From an uncultured Bacteroidales bacterium (lineage in GTDB: Bacteria > Bacteroidota > Bacteroidia > Bacteroidales > WCHB1-69): a stretch of 64,000 nt of DNA. The translations under genes were made by a program, and so were the position numbers. The notes under the pieces were generated by a model. That model made no database searches and was not told the DNA's origin. It saw nothing but the letters and a program-made list of their open reading frames with translations. Positions within the stretch are counted from its first letter, which is position 1. Every line of letters begins with the position of its first letter. Where the stretch lies: the NCBI GenBank assembly GCA_946413585.1, contig CAMKLG010000010.1:437-64436 (forward strand). Reading direction: 5' to 3'. Shown in pieces: positions 20,027 to 27,074 of this stretch.

Positions 20027-21154
20027 ATGGATCAGATAATCATTGGATATGATGCGAAACGTGCATTTTGCAACGGCACGGGGCTGGGAAACTACAGTCG
20101 CGGCGTGATTGCGGGAGCCGTCAAGAGCGGAGAAGTGGAAGCCCTGCTTTACACGCCTTACGCAAAATCGCGCTATGAGGATTTGGCAAAGAATCTGCCG
20201 CATACCCGTGTAAAAATGCCCCAAGGATGGTGGAAATGCGCACCATCCCTCTGGCGCACGCTGGCAAAGGCACAGGATGTCGAAAAGGACGGGGTGCAAG
20301 TTTATCATGGATTGAGCCAAGAGCTGCCACTGGGCTTACCCCAAAAAGTGGTCAAAATGGTGACCGTCCACGACCTGATAGCGTGGCGGTATCCTCAATA
20401 TTTCTCGCCGTTCGATCGAGCCATATACCGCAAGAAGATGAGACATGCGTGCCGCGTGGCAGATGTCGTCGTGGCCATCAGCGAGCAAACAAAGCAGGAT
20501 TTGGTAGAACTGATGGACGTTCCTGATGAGAAAATAAAGGTTGTCTATCAAACGTGCGACGAAATGTTTTGGAAAGTGGACAATACGAGCCTGAACATCG
20601 AAGCCGCACACAAAAAATACCATCTGCCAGACAAATATATAATATGTGTGGGGACGATAGAGGAACGCAAGAACCAACTATGCACCATACGCGCGTTGCA
20701 TCGATTGCCTGAAGAAATCGAGCTGGTTATTGTGGGAAGACCTCGAGGGGAATACGGACAAAGTGTGATGAAAGAAGCGAACGGACGGATACACATCGTG
20801 ACCAATGCGGACTTCGCCGATTTTCCCGCCTTATACGGAGGAGCCCTCGCGAGCGTGTATATTTCGCGGTTCGAAGGATTCGGAATCCCCGTGTTAGAGA
20901 GTATGTGCTGCGACACGCCGGTGGTGACCAGTGGTGTGTCGTCAATGCCCGAAGCCGGTGGCGACGCTGCCCTCTATGCGAATCCTGACGACGATGCTGC
21001 CGTAGCCGAGCACCTGCTACGGTTAGCAACGGATGAGGGATTCCAGGAAGAACGTATTGCAAAGGGACGAATCCAAAAGATGAGATTCTCCCCAGAAAGA
21101 GTGGCGCAAGACATGATTGAGGTGTATCGATCGTTCTTTGACGTTGACTATTGA
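20027..21154 (+). CDS. Glycosyltransferase family 4
   Basis: 375 aa. YISRFEGFGIPVLESMCCDTPVVTSGVSSMPEAGGDAALY (GT1-type EX7E region). Confidence 0.8.
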   Translation: MDQIIIGYDAKRAFCNGTGLGNYSRGVIAGAVKSGEVEALLYTPYAKSRYEDLAKNLPHTRVKMPQGWWKCAPSLWRTLAKAQDVEKDGVQVYHGLSQELPLGLPQKVVKMVTVHDLIAWRYPQYFSPFDRAIYRKKMRHACRVADVVVAISEQTKQDLVELMDVPDEKIKVVYQTCDEMFWKVDNTSLNIEAAHKKYHLPDKYIICVGTIEERKNQLCTIRALHRLPEEIELVIVGRPRGEYGQSVMKEANGRIHIVTNADFADFPALYGGALASVYISRFEGFGIPVLESMCCDTPVVTSGVSSMPEAGGDAALYANPDDDAAVAEHLLRLATDEGFQEERIAKGRIQKMRFSPERVAQDMIEVYRSFFDVDY

Positions 21155-21178
21155 CTTTGATTATTGACTTTGACGTAT
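21136..21178. repeat. Heptamer tandem array (TTGACTN) spanning a stop codon
   Basis: TTGACTA TTGACTT TGATTAT TGACTTT GACGTAT. The GT4 stop TGA (21152-21154) lies inside it. Confidence 0.8.
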
Positions 21179-21255
21179 CAAATAAAACGCGCCGCATCTG
21201 TTCAAATGCGGCGCGACATAATTCATATACGACAAATACGTGCGATACGCAGAGA

Positions 21256-22563
21256 TCACACTCTCTCAATCTTCGCGCCCAGCACGGTAAGCCGTTCCAC
21301 AATGCGCTCGTAACCGCGATCAATTTGCTCCACATTTTGAATCACGCTCGTACCTTCGGCAGAGAGTGCCGCGATAAGCAGCGCAATACCGGCGCGGATA
21401 TCGGGCGAGGACATCTTGGTGGCGCGGAGCTGTTTCTCGCGGGCCAACCCAATCACGATGGCACGGTGAGGATCGCAAAGCACAATCTGCGCACCCATCG
21501 ACTGCAACATATCCACGAAAAAGAGGCGGCTTTCGAACATTTTCTGATGTATCAGCACGCTGCCCTTGGCTTGGATGGCGGTCACCAGCGCAATACTGAT
21601 AAGATCGGGAGTGAATCCCGGCCAAGGCGCGTCAGCGATGGTCAGAATGGAAGCTTCACGCGGGTTGGAATAAATCTCATAGGGTTGCTCGCCGTGCACG
21701 ATCAAGTCGTCGCCCACTTGCTCCATTTTTACGCCCATCTTGCGGAACGTGTAGGGAATAAGCCCTAAATGCTCGCAAGCGCAGTTCTTGATGGTAATTT
21801 CCGACTGCGTCATAGCGGCCATGCCAATGAAACTGCCCACCTCGATCATATCGGGGAAAATGCGGTGTTCGCAACCATGCAACTCCTTGACTCCCTGAAT
21901 CTTCAGCAGGTTGGAGCCGATACCGGAAATCTTCGCGCCCATGTTATTGAGCATGGTGCAAAGCTGGTAAAGATACGGTTCACAGGCAGCATTGAAGATG
22001 GTAGTCTCCCCCTCTGCAAGCACAGCGGCCATCACAATGTTGGCAGTACCCGTCACGGACGGCTCATTCAGCTGCATATAGCAACCCTTTAGCTGTTTTG
22101 CTTCCAGTTCGAAAAACTTCTCGTCGGCGGAAGTGGAAATTACCGCACCAAGTTTCTCCAACCCTTCGAAGTGGGTAGTCAACGGCCGTCGTCCAATCTG
22201 GTCGCCACCAGGTTTGCCGGAGTAGGCCTTGCCGTAACGGCCCAACAGCGGACCGAGCACCATGATGGAAGCACGAATTTTCGTGGAAAGTCGCTCGAAA
22301 TCGTCGGTATGCAACTGCTCGAAATCCACATTTTCCGCCTGGAAGGTGAATGTATGAGCATCCACTGTCGTGATTTTCACCCCCATCAACGCCAAAATCT
22401 CACGATAACGTCGAGTATCGAGAATGTCGGGGACATTGGAGATGGTGACGGGATCTTTGGTCAACAGCACCGCAGAAAGCACCTGCAGGGCTTCGTTTTT
22501 CGCGCCCTGCGGGGTGATTTCGCCGTGGAGGCGGTGACCGCCTTTTATTAGGAATTCTGCCAT
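21256..22563 (-). CDS. murA: UDP-N-acetylglucosamine 1-carboxyvinyltransferase
   Basis: 435 aa. N-terminus FLIKGGHRLHGEITPQGAKNEALQVLSAVLLT and enolpyruvyl-transferase repeats throughout. Confidence 0.95.
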   Translation of the reverse strand: MAEFLIKGGHRLHGEITPQGAKNEALQVLSAVLLTKDPVTISNVPDILDTRRYREILALMGVKITTVDAHTFTFQAENVDFEQLHTDDFERLSTKIRASIMVLGPLLGRYGKAYSGKPGGDQIGRRPLTTHFEGLEKLGAVISTSADEKFFELEAKQLKGCYMQLNEPSVTGTANIVMAAVLAEGETTIFNAACEPYLYQLCTMLNNMGAKISGIGSNLLKIQGVKELHGCEHRIFPDMIEVGSFIGMAAMTQSEITIKNCACEHLGLIPYTFRKMGVKMEQVGDDLIVHGEQPYEIYSNPREASILTIADAPWPGFTPDLISIALVTAIQAKGSVLIHQKMFESRLFFVDMLQSMGAQIVLCDPHRAIVIGLAREKQLRATKMSSPDIRAGIALLIAALSAEGTSVIQNVEQIDRGYERIVERLTVLGAKIERV

Positions 22564-22580
22564 GATGTTTGTTCTTTCGA

Positions 22581-22660
22581 CCCCACACTGCGCTCCTTCG
22601 TCGCTTGTGTGGGGTTAATTGTACTGCGTGCGTCTTGTCCCTTCGGGACTGCTCAAGGAA
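22581..22660 (+). repeat. REP-like two-hairpin intergenic element, copy 1
   Basis: Hairpin 1: CCCCACAC (22581-88) / GTGTGGGG (22607-14). Hairpin 2: GTCCC-TTC-GGGAC (22637-49). Then TGCTCAAGGAA. Related copies lie at 53547-53618 (inverted) and 56500-56561. Confidence 0.8.
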
Positions 22661-22691
22661 TTATGTTTAAGGAAATTAACTTATTTCCATT

Positions 22692-22747
22692 CACTAATCA
22701 CTAATCACTAATCACTAATCACTGATCACTGATCACTAATCACCTAT
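22692..22747. repeat. Heptamer tandem array (CACTAAT/CACTGAT) x8
   Basis: Eight consecutive 7-nt units. The pfk stop codon (22744-22746, minus strand) lies in the last unit. Confidence 0.95.
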
Positions 22748-23976
22748 TCCGGAATCACAATCGGGAAATTCTGCGTGAACTCCATGCGATAGGGTGCACC
22801 GATGATGTTCGTCAGGAAATCGGTATATTGATCCGTGAACTTGAACTTGTTGGCATCGTAGTAAGCAGCGGGAAGCGGGAAATTGCCGATGTTGCCCATC
22901 TCGATGGCATCGGTGTGGAACTCTTCAAGTTCGTCGTAGGGGACGATGTCGCGCAAGACGGGCATCTTGCCGTAGTCTTCGCGGAGCAAGAGGTCAACCA
23001 CCTTGTCGGCCAACGTGGAGGTCAAACGACGGTCGTATTCGTAGCACTTACCGGAACGCGGGATGTAGCCGGAAATCTGACCGCGAGCTTCGATGCCGAG
23101 ACGCTTGTTGATTTCGGAAGCGATGACGCCGCTCACGCCGCCGAAGCGCGGGTGACCATACTCGTCGAGGTCGGAGCTGGCATACACCATGCCGAGTTCC
23201 TGTTTCTCGTCGTCCCACCAGCGAACGCCTTCTGAAACGGCAATAATGAGGCTATGTTTCGGAGAACGCATGTACATTTCCTTCACAGATTCGAAGAAAA
23301 ACTCTTTACGCTCTTTGGTCATCTCCACCTCAGGAACCAATGCCATCTGTGCGCCACCGAAAGAGGCCGTACCGGTGAGCCAACCTGCGTCGCGACCCAT
23401 CACTTCGAGCACCATAATGCGCTGGTGCGACTCATTGGTGGTGTGCAACTTAGCCGTCAGTTTTTTGATGGCCATGGCACCTGACGGGAAACCGGGACAC
23501 AACACGGTCTCAAACTGCTGACCGTTGTAGTGGTGGTAAGTACGGGTGCGCAGGTCGTTGTCGATGGTCTTCGGGAAGCCGATGACCGGGATGCCGTAAG
23601 TTTCGTACATCTTCTTGGCCGCGCCGTTGGTATCATCACCGCCGATGGTCACCAGAACATCGATTTTGTAGCGCTCGATGTTGCGGAGAATCTGCTGGGA
23701 GCGGTCTTCGGGACTCTTCTTGCTCGGGAAGGGGTTGGTACGGCTGGACAGCAGCGCGGTGCCACCGTAAAGTCCGTTATAAGGAATATTGGTTAAATCC
23801 ACAATATCGCCGTCGCCGAGGAGGCCTTTCCAGCCGCGCAGCACGCCATAGACGCGGAAGCCAAGCATGGAAGCACGGTTGCGCACCGCCTCGATGCTGG
23901 AGTTGATGGCCGGGGTGTCACCACCGCCAGAAAGAATCGCTAATGTTTTGCCATTAAAGAGTTTGTCTTTTCTCAT
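22744..23976 (-). CDS. pfp: Phosphofructokinase, pyrophosphate-dependent type (PPi-PFK signature residues)
   Basis: 410 aa. GGDDT (Asp where ATP-PFKs have GGDGS), PKTIDND (Lys where ATP-PFKs have PGTIDND), and MGRDAGWL. Confidence 0.75.
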   Translation of the reverse strand: MRKDKLFNGKTLAILSGGGDTPAINSSIEAVRNRASMLGFRVYGVLRGWKGLLGDGDIVDLTNIPYNGLYGGTALLSSRTNPFPSKKSPEDRSQQILRNIERYKIDVLVTIGGDDTNGAAKKMYETYGIPVIGFPKTIDNDLRTRTYHHYNGQQFETVLCPGFPSGAMAIKKLTAKLHTTNESHQRIMVLEVMGRDAGWLTGTASFGGAQMALVPEVEMTKERKEFFFESVKEMYMRSPKHSLIIAVSEGVRWWDDEKQELGMVYASSDLDEYGHPRFGGVSGVIASEINKRLGIEARGQISGYIPRSGKCYEYDRRLTSTLADKVVDLLLREDYGKMPVLRDIVPYDELEEFHTDAIEMGNIGNFPLPAAYYDANKFKFTDQYTDFLTNIIGAPYRMEFTQNFPIVIPE

Positions 23977-24060
23977 ATTGATGATTTTTTAACGTTAATA
24001 ATTGTCGTTATTTTAAGAGACGAACTGAATCGCGTCAGCTCAAACATTCCAAAGCATGTC

Positions 24061-24753
24061 CTATTCTCCAAACGCATCCATATCCTCCGTGCGATGGTCT
24101 AACAGAGTACGAATATTGTACTCCTCTCTGCCCATCTCCTCAAGGATATCGTAAAGCATCGTTTCCACAATGTAATTCTGGATGTCGAAATTCAGCGGGA
24201 CATTGGTGTATTGAATGTACTTATTCATCATCAGTGCCCAAGTGCCATTGACGTTGTACAAATCCATACGGACGGAAACGGGCACCTGGATGGCAGATTT
24301 GAGGAATTTATACTCATACATCTCATAATAGCGGGTGATGGCGTCTTCTTTGCCATTGATCAAGGCATCGTAATCCAGAATCTTCATGGAATCCACAGCC
24401 GCTTTCAGAGACGGGGTCACCTGACTGCCGCAACTCTCCGCCAACCGATTGACATACAGCACTAAAGAATCCACCAGATTGCCATACCCATGTTCATCCA
24501 AAACAGCAAAAAGAGTGCTTTGAAGGGGTTCGAAATCTATTTGATAAATAGAATCATTGTAGGCATAAAAACCATTGGGGACAAAAAGATGTGCGGAAGC
24601 GGTATCCGCAGAGACCTTCAGACAAGCCTTAATCGCCGCTTCTTTCTGGTTGTTGGTAAATAATTGTTCCACATATTCACCTGTTTCATCTTTACAGGAG
24701 AAAAACGCCACTGCGGCAAACACCGCCAAACAGACTATTTTCAGTTTCTTCAT
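24061..24753 (-). CDS. Hypothetical lipoprotein
   Basis: 230 aa. Signal peptide plus lipobox-like AFFSC. No family recognised. Confidence 0.5.
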   Translation of the reverse strand: MKKLKIVCLAVFAAVAFFSCKDETGEYVEQLFTNNQKEAAIKACLKVSADTASAHLFVPNGFYAYNDSIYQIDFEPLQSTLFAVLDEHGYGNLVDSLVLYVNRLAESCGSQVTPSLKAAVDSMKILDYDALINGKEDAITRYYEMYEYKFLKSAIQVPVSVRMDLYNVNGTWALMMNKYIQYTNVPLNFDIQNYIVETMLYDILEEMGREEYNIRTLLDHRTEDMDAFGE

Positions 24754-24774
24754 TTTACATTATTTTTCGAGCTG

Positions 24775-24782
24775 CAAAAATA
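24775..24782 (-). promoter_or_regulatory. -7 promoter box (minus strand), half of a 19-bp perfect palindrome
   Basis: CAAAAATA on the + strand, 22 nt upstream of the ATG at 24753. Confidence 0.55.
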
Positions 24783-24783
24783 G

Positions 24784-24791
24784 TATTTTTG
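24784..24791 (+). promoter_or_regulatory. -7 promoter box, half of a 19-bp perfect palindrome
   Basis: TATTTTTG lies 64 nt upstream of the ATG at 24855. Confidence 0.55.
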
Positions 24792-24814
24792 CGGTTTCAT
24801 CGGCTCGTTTTTTT

Positions 24815-24849
24815 CAGCCAACAGCTAAAAGCTAAAAGCCAACAGCAAT
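24815..24849. repeat. Heptamer tandem array in the birA leader
   Basis: CAGCCAA CAGCTAA AAGCTAA AAGCCAA CAGCAAT. Confidence 0.85.
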
Positions 24850-24854
24850 TTACT

Positions 24855-25616
24855 ATGGACAATCGAAATGCAATATACGGGATCACGAAGCTGACGGACG
24901 TCACTTCTACCAACTCCCACCTCATGTCCTCTCTGCGGGAGCTTCGCAGCTGCGGGAAGGCAGTGCCCGACTTATGGGCTGTTTATGCGGACTTCCAGAC
25001 GGCGGGGCGCGGCGCGGGCACCAACACGTGGCACAGTACGCGCGGCGCCAACATCCTCACCAGCATCTGTTTCGACACGGGGTTAGCCGCCGCCGACCAG
25101 TTCGTCTTCAACCTCTGGTTCGCGACCTCCACGCGCCAGTTCCTCGCCAAGTACGTGCCCGAGGTCCTCATCAAGTGGCCCAACGACATGTACGTGCGCG
25201 ACCGCAAGCTCGCGGGCGACCTCACCGAGCACAGTCTCTCAGGCAGCCGCCTCGACTTCACCGTGGCGGGCATCGGCATCGATGTCAACGAGGCGGAATT
25301 CCCCGATTGGATCCCCAATCCCACCTCGCTGTTCCTCGAAACCGGCCAACATTACGATGTGGACGCGCTGTTGGACGAGTACCTCGCGGTGCTGCAAGAA
25401 CGCCGTCCGCTGCTGTCCACAGAACACGAGGCCGCCCTCCGCGAAGAGTATCTCTCGCATCTCTACCGCCGCGATGCGCCGCATTTGTATAATATTGGTG
25501 GACAACAGATTACCGGCATCATCCGCGACATCGACCGCTTCGGCCGTCTGGTACTAGAACTGCCGGACGGAAGCCAGGAGGCGTTCGGGTTCAAGGAGGT
25601 GGGGTACGTGATTTAA
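24855..25616 (+). CDS. birA: Biotin--[acetyl-CoA-carboxylase] ligase
   Basis: The ORF-track start is a TTG inside the promoter; the ATG at 24855 (MDNRNAIYG) is preferred. GRGAGTNTWHS matches the GRGRxGRxW biotin-ligase loop; KWPNDMY motif also present. Confidence 0.8.
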   Translation: MDNRNAIYGITKLTDVTSTNSHLMSSLRELRSCGKAVPDLWAVYADFQTAGRGAGTNTWHSTRGANILTSICFDTGLAAADQFVFNLWFATSTRQFLAKYVPEVLIKWPNDMYVRDRKLAGDLTEHSLSGSRLDFTVAGIGIDVNEAEFPDWIPNPTSLFLETGQHYDVDALLDEYLAVLQERRPLLSTEHEAALREEYLSHLYRRDAPHLYNIGGQQITGIIRDIDRFGRLVLELPDGSQEAFGFKEVGYVI

Positions 25617-25645
25617 TTAAGAATTAAGAATGATGAATGATGACA
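25612..25645. repeat. Heptamer tandem array (AATTAAG x2, AATGATG x2) at a convergent junction
   Basis: It begins at the birA stop TAA (25614-16). The 17-mer at 25616-25632 is the exact reverse complement of 55282-55298. Confidence 0.85.
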
Positions 25646-25661
25646 CACACGGCGGCTGTCC

Positions 25662-26798
25662 TTATACTTTTTGTTGGCACTGTAGCCACAGTTGAAGCAC
25701 CGGGTCTGATATGTAGAGGCCGTCTTGGCGCAGCTCTATGAAGTCTTTTTCAATTAAAGTCTTCTGCATCTTGCTTACATTGGATTTTGACCCAAGTTGG
25801 AATTTCTCCAATATTTCCTGAGATGCAAAGCCAGAATGTTGTCCTGCTATAATAGCACGGAGGAAATTCATCTGGAAGCTGGTGAGAGCCCTCGTTTGCT
25901 CCAGAAACAGAGGAGTACATTGTATCATCAGGTCTTCAACCCCTTGCTCAAATTCAGCATCCGTGACTTCTTTTTCAGTGTTGAGCATCACATTCCAAGC
26001 CAATTGCTGCACGTAGGATGACTGATTCTGCACGACTTCGCAAATTCGAGTCACGTATCGTGCGTCAATGGAAAGGCCTTTCTCCTTGAATTTCCATTGT
26101 ATAAAGGGTGTCCAGTCTGCCGTCGGGATAGGTAGCAAATAGTTCAGCTCTCCGAACTGGTATAACGGCATACGCTTATTTTGGAAAAGGTTGGTCATCA
26201 TGTGCTGCCGGCTTCCGGACAAACAATAGGAGACGTGTTTCTGGTGCTGCCAAGCGCCGCGCATCCGCTTTTGTACATCCAGGGTGTCGGGCCAATCACC
26301 CACCTGCTGGAATTCGTCGATGCAGACAACAATGTGTTTCCCAATATGCTGCGCAAGAATTTCAGGCAGATTGAGTATCTCTTCGGGCTTATACTCCTTC
26401 GGGGTGATTCCTAACGATATGGAATAATCTGTTGTCGGGTCTGGACTGAACGAGATTTTGGGCGTCAGTCGGACCAGAAAACGTTTGATGTTTTCGATGG
26501 CGATCTCCATCTTGGACGAGGTTTGCTTCAACAATGCGACAGCAAATTTGTTGTAGAAATCGTATTCCGAACGACAGTCGTAAATGTCAACGTACACGGT
26601 ATGGACAATTTTCCTGTCCACCTCTTGTTGCACTTTTTTAACGAGCGATGTCTTGCCCATGCGACGGGGCGAAATAAGGATGACATTAAGCCCGTTCTCG
26701 AAGTTCACTTTCAGTCTGCGAGTCTCCTTCTCCCTATCAGTAAAGTTGGTTCCGCTTACTGAAACACCATAGATAAAAGACCTCTCTATTTCTTTCAT
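25662..26798 (-). CDS. AAA-type ATP-binding protein (archaeal-ATPase/DUF234-like)
   Basis: 378 aa. Walker A SPRRMGKTSLV and Walker B VVCIDEFQ. The C-terminal region resembles a winged-helix domain. Confidence 0.7.
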   Translation of the reverse strand: MKEIERSFIYGVSVSGTNFTDREKETRRLKVNFENGLNVILISPRRMGKTSLVKKVQQEVDRKIVHTVYVDIYDCRSEYDFYNKFAVALLKQTSSKMEIAIENIKRFLVRLTPKISFSPDPTTDYSISLGITPKEYKPEEILNLPEILAQHIGKHIVVCIDEFQQVGDWPDTLDVQKRMRGAWQHQKHVSYCLSGSRQHMMTNLFQNKRMPLYQFGELNYLLPIPTADWTPFIQWKFKEKGLSIDARYVTRICEVVQNQSSYVQQLAWNVMLNTEKEVTDAEFEQGVEDLMIQCTPLFLEQTRALTSFQMNFLRAIIAGQHSGFASQEILEKFQLGSKSNVSKMQKTLIEKDFIELRQDGLYISDPVLQLWLQCQQKV

Positions 26799-26835
26799 AA
26801 CAGTTGTAAAATATTGTAAACAAACGTTTTAATAG

Positions 26836-26883
26836 GTTCACCACTTAATGGACCACCAATAAGTGGACCACTAAGTGGTGAAC
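26836..26883. repeat. 48-bp imperfect palindrome in the ATPase gene leader
   Basis: Arms GTTCACCACTTAATGGACCAC (26836-56) and GTGGACCACTAAGTGGTGAAC (26863-83), 19/21 complementary. Confidence 0.85.
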
Positions 26884-26896
26884 TTGTATTTTGCCG

Positions 26897-26904
26897 CAAA
26901 AATA
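26897..26904 (-). promoter_or_regulatory. -7 promoter box (minus strand)
   Basis: CAAAAATA on the + strand, immediately upstream (in the transcription sense) of the 48-bp palindrome and the ATG at 26798. Confidence 0.55.
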
Positions 26905-26951
26905 CAAAAACATTTTAAAGGCTAAACTCATTTCTGTGTTTTTTTCATAAT

Positions 26952-26985
26952 AAAAAAAGGCCGCGCCAAACCGGCAACGACCTTT
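26952..26985 (-). terminator. Rho-independent terminator of T9SS paralog A
   Basis: On the minus strand: AAAGGTCG - 14-nt loop - CGGCCTTT followed by TTTT. Duplicated at 31924-31957. Confidence 0.8.
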
Positions 26986-26988
26986 GTT

Positions 26989-27074
26989 AATGCATAATGT
27001 AGAATGAAGAATAATTATTCATCGTTTTCTTCATCGTCCTTTATTCTTCATTATGCATTCTTCATTCTTCATTG
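26989..27074. repeat. Conserved 3' element, copy A: long bulged hairpin plus (CATTCTT)n array containing the stop codon
   Basis: Arms AATGCATA..ATGAAGAATAA (26989-27014) and TTATTCTTCATTATGCATT (27041-27059), then CATTCTTCATTCTTCATTG. About 95% identical by eye to 31961-32060. Confidence 0.85.
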
